A stretch of DNA of 63,957 bases, filler included, from Trichomonas gallinae (GCA_008369845.1; 7 parts of 7 records of this genome joined end to end with filler, not necessarily neighbours in it), one strand, 5' to 3'. Shown: positions 23,756 to 35,470, counted from the first letter of the whole stretch. Made by a program: numbers and translations. Notes: generated from the letters alone by a model not told the origin.

Positions 23756-23876
23756 CGAGGGCACAATAGCCAAGGTACAATTGAATAGCCTTAGAACAAA
23801 AGAGGGGGAACTCCACTTTTTGGGAAAATTTTAAAAGTGACATGATAAAAACGCCTCCTGCAGCTCCATCTAACGT
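23755..23876. mobile_element. Possible end of a TA-targeting (Tc1/mariner-like) insertion interrupting the kinase
   Basis: Kinase similarity stops at TA|CCGAGGGCAC (23753-23764) and non-kinase sequence then runs to a contig break. Confidence 0.3.
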
Positions 23877-23976
23877 NNNNNNNNNNNNNNNNNNNNNNNN
23901 NNNNNNNNNNNNNNNNNNNNTTAATTAATTAANNNNNNNNNNNNNNNNNNNNNNNNNNNNNNNNNNNNNNNNNNNN
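23877..23976. other. Artificial contig linker
   Basis: 44 N + TTAATTAATTAA + 44 N. Confidence 0.99.
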
Positions 23977-25110
23977 AATAGGTTCAAGAACATCATGATT
24001 TTTAGCATGAAAAAAATTGTGATGTTTACATTTTACAATACGGTGCACCCTTAATAAAAATCAAAATCTTATTTTTCAGATTGTAATGTCCTTATTAAAC
24101 AATGATTTATATAGTGATAATTCATATCTTTACAATTTTCGTAAGAAAATTTGTCTAACATTTCAAAATCATTAATAAAAATAAATAATTTTCAAAAAAA
24201 TGAACTTTAAATGCTGTTTGTATTTTGAATGAATTCAACTAGTCATCTGAATTGCAGTGTTAAGTTGTCATTGTTGAACCCTCATATATCAAATCAGAAA
24301 ATTTAGGGAAGCTGTCAGATAACTTTGTTACATTCCTGGATGATTGAGCACAAAGGCTTATAATAGAATGCTTTTGCAGATGGACTAGTTCATCATATAA
24401 TTTTGAAGATACGATTTATTAATCATTTTATTCGTGTAGATATGTGATTTAAGAATATAAGAGAACTTTTTTGTCAATTTCCATTATTATTAACATAGAT
24501 CATACGATATTTCCTGAATATATTATCTTTTGGAATATGGAAATTGTATATAGCCAAGTTTTCATATTTAAAAAATATTTGATAACTATATTGTAGTATA
24601 ATCTATTATTTATATTTTAGATTTTACTCATAATTTTGCGATTTTTCTTCATTTTAATAAGAAGAAATGAAAATATCAAAAATTAATAGAATTATACTAG
24701 AATCTGATGGAGATTTATAAGTTGGGATAATGAATGTAAATTTTAAAGATTGTTGCAAATAGCTTACTAGTCTATAAAGAGCTTATTTTATCAATTATAA
24801 CAAAAATCGAATAAAATCAGTTGAAAAAGATGTGAAAATAGTAGATGTCCAATTGGGAATATCCTACATGAGGTACATATTATATGATTACCAGGTGCTT
24901 TCTTTCTAAAAAGAATAATAATGTTATTTTTAAATTTAATCAATGTATTGAACATGAAAAAGGAATACAATTGGGCTTTGAAATTCCTTATAAATTGATT
25001 GCCAATCATAAAACATGAAAGAAAAGGTAAAATAAATAGATTGATTGAATTATGCACTTTATTTCATACAAACAATATAAAATTAGATCTATATGGGTAC
25101 TTCTAAAGGC

Positions 25111-25668
25111 TTACAATGGCATATCGAATGAAGGAAGGTTGCCTCTTCTGATTATCGAAAAAGCACAAGGAATGTGATTTTCGAAGTTATGTAATACTGG
25201 TTGATGTGGTGTAACAATCACTGGCTCAGTAACTACATATGGAGCTGGCGATTGTGGTGCTGATGATTCAATCTTAGGTTGGTAGTGGAGAACTGCTTTC
25301 CTCGGTTCGACTTTGTAACGCCTGCGTTGTTGCTTTGATGATGATGACTTATTCTTTAACTTATATTGTTGTGGTGTTGAAATGATAAAAGCATTGCGAG
25401 AATGGTTCTCCTTCATATTGCGCTTTGCATCTGAATAGCACATCTGATATGTAAAGAGCAAATCGTCTGGATCGTACATTACTTGAACTTCTTGCATTAT
25501 TAACAACTGCCAAATTTTTAATTTTTTTATCGTCCCAGATCGAATTTGCCATAACCGCCTCAAATTGACCATGCCCCTCCTAATTGACCTTAACTGTGTC
25601 AGATACGCTGACACCCCTAAATATATCTGTTTTTTGTATTTTTGGTCATTAGTTGGTCTACATGACAA
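25111..25668 (-). CDS. Hypothetical protein; true start probably an internal ATG (MQEVQVMYDPDD, ~25497)
   Basis: The 3' two-thirds is coding-like, the ORF-track start is TTG, and no domain is recognisable. Confidence 0.5.
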   Translation of the reverse strand: MSCRPTNDQKYKKQIYLGVSAYLTQLRSIRRGMVNLRRLWQIRSGTIKKLKIWQLLIMQEVQVMYDPDDLLFTYQMCYSDAKRNMKENHSRNAFIISTPQQYKLKNKSSSSKQQRRRYKVEPRKAVLHYQPKIESSAPQSPAPYVVTEPVIVTPHQPVLHNFENHIPCAFSIIRRGNLPSFDMPL

Positions 25669-26505
25669 TCGATTTTAATTTATTCTGTGATAAACTATAA
25701 TTCCGAATATTTAAGATCTGCCATGGTCAATTTTTACCTTGGCAGATTTGAAAAGAAAATAAATATAGTATATTATTGTATATTATGTAACAGTGCTATA
25801 AAACCTTATCAAAGTTTTGTTCTCAAAAATTGATAATTATCGTATTAATTCAAAATATATTCAAACCCTACTTAAAAATTAGAGATATATCAATATAGTT
25901 ATGATAAATTATCATTTAAATAATTTAAGAGCGATCAATTTTGAATTTAAGCATTGAAATAAGCCAAATTCAATTTAATTAACAAAACTACGACAATTTA
26001 TTCGTTCGCATTAATGATATTAATAAGTTTGATCATTTTGCTATGGTCCGAGATTTTTGATGTTATCAATTTTGATTTGTTGCACTTTTTCAATTACGTT
26101 AGTTCTTTTGGAAAGATTTTTATTAAAGAATTTTGCTAATTGGAACAATAGAATTTTTCCAATGTGGAAAATGTAAGTTTTATCATCCTCTCACTCGAAT
26201 TCATCATTTATAGCTTAATTAAAGCCTAATGACTGTTATTGTCGAATAAAATCAAATGTTTTAGCTAAATTTCGACATTTTACAACTTCATTAAAATTAC
26301 AACTGAATCATGCCATTGCAATATACCCCTATTTTTATGTTGATTGACAACAATCCGAACCGCATATCTTCATATTTTTTGATTGTTCAAATATTTTTTC
26401 ATCCTAAATTACATAAATATTATTGTAAAACCAAATATCATAGATCTGTACAGTAAACAAAAGTATATTACAACATTTATAAAACAAAATGACGATATTA
26501 TATTC

Positions 26506-27063
26506 TTAGTTGTCAGATACGTTTTCATCATTATGTATATCTTCCTCAGTGTATTGGTCATCAATTTCATGAGAGTTCTGGTTAGGAACTTCTGTTAATG
26601 GTTTTCGACAATTTTCAAGTCTTTTTTCGAGCTCTTCAATTTGTTTAACGTACTTGGCATCAATGCTTGCGCCTTCCTCTTGGAATTTCTTCCTTTCTTT
26701 TTCAAAATCATCTTGTTCCTGTTTTAATATTCGGTTATTTTCTTTAATTTGCTCCTCAGTTTCATATTTAATGCGGCTGATCTCATTTCTGATCTCTTCT
26801 ATTTGATTTTGCAAGAAACGTATTTTTGCTTCTTTATTTAACGACAATTTTGAAGGAGAGAATTTAGATGGAGAATTAATGGATGAGAATCTTTTGTTTA
26901 ATAAGTCTCTAACTTCGTCTTCTCTCTTTTTTTGTCTTCTATTCAATGAAAGCATGTGATTTTCATCGAATAAACCAATTTCCGAGGCACCATTTATACC
27001 AACGGTGCTTGCTGATGCATTCATGTAATCATCACTAACAACCATCGAACCTTTACTAAACAT
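26506..27063 (-). CDS. Hypothetical coiled-coil protein
   Basis: E/K/Q-rich heptads; AAAAAAATG start context. Confidence 0.75.
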   Translation of the reverse strand: MFSKGSMVVSDDYMNASASTVGINGASEIGLFDENHMLSLNRRQKKREDEVRDLLNKRFSSINSPSKFSPSKLSLNKEAKIRFLQNQIEEIRNEISRIKYETEEQIKENNRILKQEQDDFEKERKKFQEEGASIDAKYVKQIEELEKRLENCRKPLTEVPNQNSHEIDDQYTEEDIHNDENVSDN

Positions 27064-28723
27064 TTTTTTTTACAAAAATGTCAAATTTCAGTTTACCTCA
27101 TTTGTTTTATATTTGGCATCTTATTAACTTAATAAACACTTTTTGCGTTAAAAATAGCCAATTTACTATGATTGTACATGAATATTAAATCAAATAGATA
27201 TTATTTATGAAAACAGTCTGTCTCTCAGATCAAATATTCATGGCTAATGAATAATTAGCTGATAATGTTATTTATGATTTTTATGATTTCAATTTTGATA
27301 TTAACTGATTTGAAAGAAATCTATTTAACAAAATAGCAATATTCGATACAAATTATCAGTTGGTTAAAATACAAACTTATAATATTGAATTTTTCAAAAT
27401 TTGATATCGAAGAAAATGTTGTCATTTAAAAAACGAGTTGTATTCATGTTCTCTATGAATATTTTCCGATAATACGTTTGAGATTAATTATTTGAATTTG
27501 TTCTTTTTTTCTAGTTTTGAGGGTGTACATATTAATGCAGACTTATAAAAGAGGAATAAATAAATTCAGCCAAAGTTTGGTCTTTAAAAAGAAGATTGAA
27601 GAATATTATTGCCAGACTGTGATGAATATGGTCCTCGAATATAATCACTATACAATGTAACAAAGGGTTTTATCACGTCTATAAAGGTCTTGTAACTAAT
27701 AATTGTTTTGTTGAATCTTGAGTATTCAGCGAAATAACCAAAGATATGGCTTGAGATATTATATACAAAGATAGTTCACCAAGGAGAACAGGAACCTGAT
27801 AATGTCTATAAAAAAATAATTATTGTTTTATGATAAAAAATCAATATTTCCAGATAATTTACTGGAATACTGAAGAATTATTATTTGAAAAACGCCATAA
27901 CACTCAGAAATTCGAGTTTTTTCAATGGTCTATCGTTTTCAAAAAAATTTCGAAAAATAACACTTATAAGTAATATAGCATTATATTATAAGTTTAAATT
28001 TAAATACTTCTAAAAATTGAGATTAACTTTTTTACGCCGCTGAGACAGATAATTTTTTCCCAAAAAATCTGTTTATATGAGGTGTATATGCAATACTTCA
28101 CGATGCAAAATTTTTAACGTACTTTTACGTCATGTTCAATTTTTGAAATGAAATTGAATTATTCATTGAATTTGATTATTAAAACTATTAATATATTATC
28201 GTGTAATAATCATAATTTTACAAAAATTGTATTCCGATGAAAATTTAACCTTGCCAGATACCTTATAACTTGCATTAATACTCCCGATTAAAGATTTTGA
28301 AAAATAACAAAAAATTATCTGATTTTTTTAACATTCTCAATTATTTAAAGTTTTTGACATACTCAATTGATAACATATTTTAAATCATGTATGTTATCAA
28401 TATTAATCAAAATAATCGAATTTTAACAATTTAATTGAATTTCAATGAGTTTTTATAATTTACTTGAAATTTCAATTAAATTGTTTTTATAATTTACTTG
28501 AATAATATATTTAGAATATATCAATAATTGATTTATTAAGATAAAATTGAATTACTGACTCAAATAAAAAATTGAATTTGACGTAAATGGCTCAATTAAT
28601 TGAAAAATTTTACATCCCAAGAATCATATATTTACAATCATGTACAAAATCCAAATATCTAAAAATTTTCGCTTAATGGACAGTTTCCTTCAATAATTTT
28701 TGAATTCTGCGTCAAAAATCTTT

Positions 28724-28728
28724 TCATT
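28724..28728 (+). promoter_or_regulatory. Trichomonad initiator (Inr, TCATT)
   Basis: TCATT 14 nt upstream of the kinase ATG at 28738. Equivalent TCA(C/T)T elements precede other genes (52858 on +; 3065, 37394, 39711, 60738 on -). Confidence 0.65.
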
Positions 28729-28737
28729 ATTCAAAAA

Positions 28738-29658
28738 ATGAATACAGACATTGCATGTGCTCTTAAGTATCATGATTATGAACTAGTCCGATATCTAGAC
28801 AATGGGGCTTTTGGCTCATGCTTCCTCGTTAAGAGCCTGAAATACAAAATGGAATTTGTTTGCAAGGCTTCAAACACAAACAACCTGACCGAAAAGTATA
28901 TCCAAAGCTTTGTTGGAGAGGCAGAAATCCTCTCAAAGCTCAATCATCCAAACATTGTCCGCATTTATGATTATTTTATCGAAGATGGAAAAATGTTCAT
29001 TATTCTTGAATATTGCTCCAATGGAAGCCTCCTTGATATGCTTCATGAGAATCCAAACATTGAAAAATCCAAAATGATTAAATATTCATATCAAATTATC
29101 GATGCTCTTGCTTTTATGCACTCAAAGGGGATTGCTCATTGCGATATCAAGCTTTCCAACATCTTAATCGATGCTTATGACCGCGTAAAGATCTGCGATT
29201 TCGGTCTTTCCCATTACATCAAAGAAGACGCAGAATCAGATAGAAGAATCCGCGGAACATTAAATTACATGGCACCAGAAGTTATCCTGGGTGTTGAATA
29301 TTGCCCATTTAAGGCTGACGTTTGGGCTTTAGGTGTTACTTTATATGCATTGATTCTTAACCAATTCCCTTTTACAGGCAAAGATCACCACTCAATGCTC
29401 AGAGAGATCAAGTTGGGCTACGTCAGAATCTACTCAAACTTTGGTCCTTTGGCTGGTATAGTAGATCAGTGCCTCAAATTGGAGCCAAGCGAACGTCCAT
29501 CATTGAAACAGCTCAAGTTCAAGATGGTTGAGTACTATGGCGGCCTTTTAGGCATGAAGCCAAGATCTTCTCAAAAGATTTTCGCTTCTGTCGCTAAGCA
29601 TAGCATTATTCTTCATCCAGCACGTTTCGCAAGGACAAGCGCCAGCGCTGTATATTAA
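28738..29658 (+). CDS. CAMK-family Ser/Thr protein kinase
   Basis: NGAFG, VCK, HPNIV, HCDIKLSN, DFG, GTLNYMAPE and DVWALG all intact. Confidence 0.95.
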   Translation: MNTDIACALKYHDYELVRYLDNGAFGSCFLVKSLKYKMEFVCKASNTNNLTEKYIQSFVGEAEILSKLNHPNIVRIYDYFIEDGKMFIILEYCSNGSLLDMLHENPNIEKSKMIKYSYQIIDALAFMHSKGIAHCDIKLSNILIDAYDRVKICDFGLSHYIKEDAESDRRIRGTLNYMAPEVILGVEYCPFKADVWALGVTLYALILNQFPFTGKDHHSMLREIKLGYVRIYSNFGPLAGIVDQCLKLEPSERPSLKQLKFKMVEYYGGLLGMKPRSSQKIFASVAKHSIILHPARFARTSASAVY

Positions 29659-29929
29659 ACTGTTTGTTTGTATTTTTTTAATTCAAATCTTAATGATTTT
29701 TTCAACGATTTAAACATTATAAATATGTGCAAATTCTTAATATAAAAATAAGTAATAAGAATTCAGCATTAATTAGCTATATAGTAATGATTACAACGGA
29801 TTCTCAATTGCATTTCAACACGCTCTTCATATTTTTACAATTTTAGTGCTTTTTAATCAAATGAATCAATATAAAGGATACCTTAAACCTAATTAGCATT
29901 CGATTACTTAAATATTTGATTATAAAATC

Positions 29930-29947
29930 AAAAAAAAAAAGAAAAAA
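29930..29947 (-). terminator. Pol III oligo(T) terminator of tRNA-Ala
   Basis: T6-C-T11 directly after the discriminator on the minus strand. Confidence 0.75.
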
Positions 29948-30019
29948 TGGAGGTGAGGGGAATCGAACCCCCGGCCTCATCTATGCTAAAGACGCACTCT
30001 ACCATTGAGCCACACCCCC
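29948..30019 (-). tRNA. tRNA-Ala (AGC)
   Basis: GGGGGTG/CACCTCC-A acceptor with G3:U70, anticodon arm CGTCT-TTAGCAT-AGATG, T-loop GGTTCGATTCC. Confidence 0.96.
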
Positions 30020-30472
30020 AACTCGAAAAGATTTCGAGACTTCAATACTGGATACTAATATTAATATCAACTGGCTTTATAAACTGTTTTCTCTAAGGTG
30101 ACTCTCATATTTTCAAACCATGAGATACCTACTAAAGGCACCAGACAATTAATCTTTCATTAATAGCGGTTTAGAAAGATTTATAACATTAACTTCATGA
30201 TAGTTAATCAATTGTTATTTTGTCTTCTTAAGCGAATCTTTCATTTAATATTAAGATATATAGTGTACTATTATGTTTTCCTACTAGGCTTGTTCTGTTC
30301 TAATTACCTCGCTTAGTTGACAACAAACATTAACCTGGTGAATTTTTGTCAAATGTCTGACATGTTCAGATCTAAGAATTTGATAATTGATTCTGCGCTA
30401 ATGAAAATAATCTCGTTAAATATACCATAATGTTGATGATAAAATACAAATATAGTTTAATAAAACAAATAG

Positions 30473-32146
30473 TTAGAGGTCATAGTCTTCTTCCTCGCAG
30501 AATTCGTAGTATTGGTTTCTAACATTTCTTTTCCTGTATAGAGTTTGCTGCTCAAATTTCCGTTGATTCATCACTTGGAGCCTTGCAAGTTCCTTTTCTT
30601 CTTGATCTAATGTGTAGCTTAGCTTTCTCATTTGGTCTCTAAGTGTTCTATTCTCGCACTCGAGCTCTTCGACTTTGAATTTTAATTCTCGTTCAATCAA
30701 TTCTTTTTGTGCTGTTTGGCTTTGAATCGCATCATTGAGAGACTTTCTGTAGCTTTCCTCTCTTTCCTGGTACTCTTTCCTTTGATTTTCTAGTTTCTTT
30801 TCGTATTCATTCTTCTGAGACTTGAGTTTCTGAGTGTTTTGAAGATTTTGCGTTTTAATGAGTTCTTCGTATTGATTTTTAAGAGTTTTGAGTTTCTGTG
30901 ATGATTTCTTTTTGGATTCAGTGAGTTTTGACTTGAGTGTTTCGATTTCTTTTGAAATGGATTCCATTTTAGAAATATATTGATCATAATTCTTTTGTAA
31001 TTCTGTGTGTTTCTTTTCGTTATCTTTTATTATTGTTTGCTTTTCTGATAGTTGTGTTTGTAAGTCTTTTATTGTTGATTTTAGTTGAGAAATTTGCTTT
31101 TCATCTGTTTTGTTCTGTTTTTGGGCTTCAATCATTGCTTTAAGATGTGAAATTTCATTTAGCAGTTGATCATTATTGTTATTCTCGATAACTTTAACAA
31201 ATTTTGAAATTTCTTTTGTATTCGTGTAATCTGCTTGATTTGACAAGTCATCAATCTTCTTTTTAAGAGTTGAGTTTTCTGTTATAATATCTTTCTTTTC
31301 TGTCTCTAATTTTGATATTTTATCTTTTAATTGTGAAATTTCATCTTCAAATTTGGAATTATCACCAATAGTGATTTTTGATGATGTATTTTGTTCAGAT
31401 AATTTCTGTTTGAGCGCTGTATTTTCACTAATTAACTCAGATATTTGAAGATGGAGTTTAAATTCCTCTTCCTGTAATTTTTGAACTATTTGTGATTTTT
31501 GTGTGAGTTGCACACGTATATTTTCAAGCTCTTGGTGCGCTTGGATTAAATTTTGATTTGGAATCGAATTTTGTTGGAATTGAAGCTGATTCAGTTTGTA
31601 GTTACTGAATTCATTTCGTATATGTTCTATTTCTTGTTTTAATTTATCATTTTCCGAATTTAATTGCGCAATTTGCATTTGATATTCAGCCTCTTCAATT
31701 TGAAAGCCTTTCTTGATTTTCTTTTGTAATTTCGATCTTTTTGCTTCGAGTTTGCTAATTCTATTCAATAATGATTTTATTATTTCAATAACTGAATCAA
31801 AATCGCTAACATTTTGAAATCCCATATCTACAAGTATTCCTAAGAATCTATTAACATCATTTAAAATGGTATCGCCCTTATTTCTCGTGTCTAATAGTAA
31901 TTTTCGAAGTGATAAATTTACAGAAAGCTCGGATTTGAATAAAGAAAACAGATATTTCAGCGATTTAGCACTGTTCGTGTTTTCATTTGCTTTAGAAGAG
32001 TTTAAATAGTCTTCCACCAATTTTGAATGTTTTAATATTTGGTTTTGAAGCTTGAAAACTTCTGTGTCGGATATTTCTTCACTCTTGACGTCAATTTCGC
32101 GAACTTCACTGATTGATTCTAAAGAAGAAAACAAAGAATCAGCCAT
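30473..32146 (-). CDS. Long coiled-coil protein
   Basis: 557 aa of K/E/Q/N-rich heptads. Confidence 0.85.
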   Translation of the reverse strand: MADSLFSSLESISEVREIDVKSEEISDTEVFKLQNQILKHSKLVEDYLNSSKANENTNSAKSLKYLFSLFKSELSVNLSLRKLLLDTRNKGDTILNDVNRFLGILVDMGFQNVSDFDSVIEIIKSLLNRISKLEAKRSKLQKKIKKGFQIEEAEYQMQIAQLNSENDKLKQEIEHIRNEFSNYKLNQLQFQQNSIPNQNLIQAHQELENIRVQLTQKSQIVQKLQEEEFKLHLQISELISENTALKQKLSEQNTSSKITIGDNSKFEDEISQLKDKISKLETEKKDIITENSTLKKKIDDLSNQADYTNTKEISKFVKVIENNNNDQLLNEISHLKAMIEAQKQNKTDEKQISQLKSTIKDLQTQLSEKQTIIKDNEKKHTELQKNYDQYISKMESISKEIETLKSKLTESKKKSSQKLKTLKNQYEELIKTQNLQNTQKLKSQKNEYEKKLENQRKEYQEREESYRKSLNDAIQSQTAQKELIERELKFKVEELECENRTLRDQMRKLSYTLDQEEKELARLQVMNQRKFEQQTLYRKRNVRNQYYEFCEEEDYDL

Positions 32147-32719
32147 CGCGAAAAAGACGTTTATTTTGTAAACATCTCAAATAAAATTTCAAGAATAATC
32201 AATCACTGCAGCTATTTAGAACAATTTGGCTATGCTCAAGTTATAGAATTTTGCGCCCTATATTCTCCAGTGGTCTTCGTGGTATAATAGTGAAATAGAA
32301 GATTTGGTTTCGATGTATGAATTTAATATATAATATTTTTATTGTAAAAAACATAAAGTTATTGCTGAGAATAAAATATATGATGATGGAACTTATATAC
32401 TATGTTTATGATCCAAAGAGAATTCTCTTACTCTAGAAATGGGAGATTTACCTTAATGGAGATTCTCCCGAGCTACGTGTTTTTGGATTTCAAATGTGTT
32501 TTATATCAAGATATGTCTATTATACAAATATATGAAAAGATGCCAAAATCAATATTAGAATTTGCTTTAAATTCTATTTGATTAAGATTGAATAAAATAA
32601 AGTTTTTGACTTTAATATAAAACATGTCATGTTGTAAAGTATATCAAAAAGTCTAGTATTTTATTGTACAAAAATGAATATCATATTATTGTTTGCTTGA
32701 TTTATCAAATTTTGTATTT

Positions 32720-33400
32720 TCAATTTTGTTTGGCATCCCAAATGTAATTGTTGAAATTAAAGTCACTCCACTTCTCAACATAATCAGCATGCTTGATGCC
32801 AAAATTCTTGAATTGCTGCTCAACATTTGTTTCATCGCTGTGCAAATAGACACAATTCATGCCAGCGTTTTGTGCAGCGAGAACACCGAAGTAAGCATCT
32901 TCAAAAACAAGAATGTTTTCAGGTTTGAAATCTCCCATCGATTTCATCGCCGTTAAGAAGACTGTTGGATCTGGCTTACCCTTAGTTACATCATTTCCAG
33001 TAATTACAACCTTGAATAATGATCTAATCTCAGAATGATTCTTATATTTTCTTTCGAAAGGAATTCTTTGACTTCCTGTAGCAATTGACATTGGGAGACC
33101 CATATCATGTACTTTTTTGATGATTTTATCAATGCCTTTAACGAGAGGACAATGTTCAAGTTGTTCATCAACGGAAGCATCTCTTTTGGCAAGAAATTCT
33201 TCAGCTGTCATGTTCAAATTATATCTGTTTACTATCATATCAGCGATATCCATATCTTTTCTTCCATCTAATTCTAGATAAAACTCCCTGCTGAAAACTT
33301 CGCCAGCAAGTTTGTGCATTGCCTTCCAGTACATCGGTGGACTGTCAATAATGGTGCCATCGCTATCAAAAATCACTGCTTTGATGACTGGTTTGCTCAT
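32720..33400 (-). CDS. HAD-superfamily hydrolase (HDHD1/beta-PGM-like phosphatase)
   Basis: Motif I FDSDGT, ATGS, KGKPDP, LVFEDAYFGV. Confidence 0.93.
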   Translation of the reverse strand: MSKPVIKAVIFDSDGTIIDSPPMYWKAMHKLAGEVFSREFYLELDGRKDMDIADMIVNRYNLNMTAEEFLAKRDASVDEQLEHCPLVKGIDKIIKKVHDMGLPMSIATGSQRIPFERKYKNHSEIRSLFKVVITGNDVTKGKPDPTVFLTAMKSMGDFKPENILVFEDAYFGVLAAQNAGMNCVYLHSDETNVEQQFKNFGIKHADYVEKWSDFNFNNYIWDAKQN

Positions 33401-33404
33401 TTAT

Positions 33405-33412
33405 GTCACTTT
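33405..33412 (-). promoter_or_regulatory. AAAGTGAC core-promoter element (T. vaginalis motif-2-like)
   Basis: AAAGTGAC 4 nt before the HAD ATG; the same arrangement occurs at 37750-37757 (+). Confidence 0.55.
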
Positions 33413-34090
33413 TTTAATTTTCACAGTTTCAGAATCATGTAAAATTTTAGGTTAAATATTATTAATTTTGCGTTTTTGGGATTTGTTTGCCGAAATCTAC
33501 ACATATCAGAGTTCGTGCAATGCTCGATTCATCCAAATTTTGTTATTGGCCTCCATCTACACAATTTTTGTCAATGGCCGCTGACATATTCAATTTTTTG
33601 AAAGAAAAACGATTTTTTTGAATTTTGAAAAATGGCGTGTTACATCAAAATTAGTCACGTTGTATATATTTAACATGAAAATAAGATGTGTCACTTTTGT
33701 TTAGAAAATTTCCATCAAATTTTGTTTAGAAAAGAACACAGCATCCAACATTCCAAACACTCATTATTCTATCTCAATACTCATTAGATTCATCAACATT
33801 TCTATATAATTTCTATAATTTAATCTTTGTTAAACAATAATAATTAAAATTAATAAAATGATTATATAATACAAATATCCCATGATGAAGGTTATATTTG
33901 CATATTCCAATTAGGAAAATGTGGTAATTTTATCAAAAATATATTTTTTGTTTTTAATGCAGTTAAACAATGAGATTATGAAATAAATATCTTCTGGGAT
34001 TGCATCTCTGAGTTAATTCCTAAAATACACTTGATTTTGTTAATTTTTTTTATTTGAACTGCAAGATGATGTTATTACCGTATACAAAGA

Positions 34091-34327
34091 TTGAAATACT
34101 CTAGAAATTGCGTTTGGGGCTCTTTTGTGTTGCTAATGCCAGAAGATATATTAAAAATTAAATATATGAGCAGAAATATCAACATGATGCCGTTATTGTT
34201 AGATCAAGGTGCTGATCCTAACAATATAGAAGAAAATTATAAGATTAAAGATCATATTACTTATATAGAAAACATTGATATGAAGATTTTTTTGGAAGAA
34301 TGTTCTAGGCTAAAATTAAATTACTAG
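34091..34327 (+). pseudogene. Decayed ankyrin-repeat gene remnant
   Basis: LLLDQGADPN fragment in an otherwise broken AT-rich frame. Confidence 0.35.
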
Positions 34328-34585
34328 TTTTGTTTCAAGCACGCAACAATAATTTTTTTGCTATTACGATGATATCATTTTTAGTTCAAATAAAAAATTG
34401 AATTTTTAATTGTGGTTATCAAGAACTAGCAAGGATACAAATTTATTTAAAAACGAGATATAAATCGTTTTACATAGTTAGTTTAGTGTTTGTAATATAT
34501 TTTTTATTTTATAAAATGAATAGTATCATCAAAAGTCAATAACGCTTAAAAGAAAATATTAGTGAACAATCACATTAATAAATTC

Positions 34586-35107
34586 TTAGCATTTAATGTC
34601 ATTGACTTTAACCGGAGAATTCCATCTGATAAGTTTGGATAACTCGCTTGAAATAGCGTTTGTTACTTCTTCTGGTGAATGAGCAACCCAAATACAGATC
34701 TTAAATGTCTCAGTACGAACTGTGAACTCAACTCCATTAATTTTATCAGAGTTCGGGAATGATTCACCGATAACGGAGAAGAGAACATCCTCCCATCTAT
34801 CGTTAACTTTTGGTTTTTTAGCTTTAGCGATTTGATGTTCGATTGATATTTCGTGTCCACCGATATTGGCAACATCTTCCCACAAAGGAACAACTCCCTT
34901 TCTAAATACGTAGTATCTGCATCCCTTAGGAAGTAAAGAAGCCTTTTCGACTGAGTTTAATGCAGCAAAGAATTTTTCGATTGAATCAAAGTCAGCAATT
35001 GGATGTAAAAAGTCCTTCCATGCTGCCTCTTTCATTGTATATCGGTCAGGGATGAGGTACCAAAGTGTCCACTCCCTGTACAGCTTTCCATCTTTCTCAA
35101 CAGACAT
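34586..35107 (-). CDS. eIF4E: Eukaryotic translation initiation factor 4E
   Basis: WTLWY, AW, YYVFRKGVVPLWED..N.GG, W..VL.SVIGE, INGV, ICIW. Confidence 0.92.
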   Translation of the reverse strand: MSVEKDGKLYREWTLWYLIPDRYTMKEAAWKDFLHPIADFDSIEKFFAALNSVEKASLLPKGCRYYVFRKGVVPLWEDVANIGGHEISIEHQIAKAKKPKVNDRWEDVLFSVIGESFPNSDKINGVEFTVRTETFKICIWVAHSPEEVTNAISSELSKLIRWNSPVKVNDIKC

Positions 35108-35377
35108 TTTGAGAGAACGGTGACCAGTAAAGTGAAGTGTTTTTTTTTAGCCGGAGAACAGCTGGTAATAGGATGTATATAGCGTAATGAGTCCATATCT
35201 CTTGTATTTTCGCGTAATACACGATTTTATTTGTATTTTTGTCTTGCTTTGATTTGCGAGATTGGGCGAAAAGGAACATTCCAACACACGCATTAACGCT
35301 ATATAAGCCTATTTTCATCATCAATATCCGAAAATAATTATGTATGGGCGGGAATTATCCTCATTTTCTGATTCATC

Positions 35378-35470
35378 TGTCATGTAAATTATATTTTTGT
35401 CATGTAATACTCGATATTTGTCATGTAATTTCTATATCTGCCATGTAATATACATTTTTGACATTGTAAA
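35378..35470. repeat. Tandem 20-21-bp units with TGTCATGTAA core (5 copies, last two variant)
   Basis: Cores at 35378, 35398, 35419, 35439 (TGCCATGTAA) and 35459 (TGACATTGTAA). Confidence 0.85.

Noticed and set aside
35184..35300. Hammerhead-like layout (GUAAUGA-GUCC...GGGC-GAAA)
   Set aside because: Core would need CUGANGA (two invariant positions differ) and no proper stem III/UH cleavage site can be built
35378..35470. Short regularly spaced repeats resembling a CRISPR array
   Set aside because: 10-bp cores with ~10-bp AT-rich spacers, no cas genes, eukaryotic context
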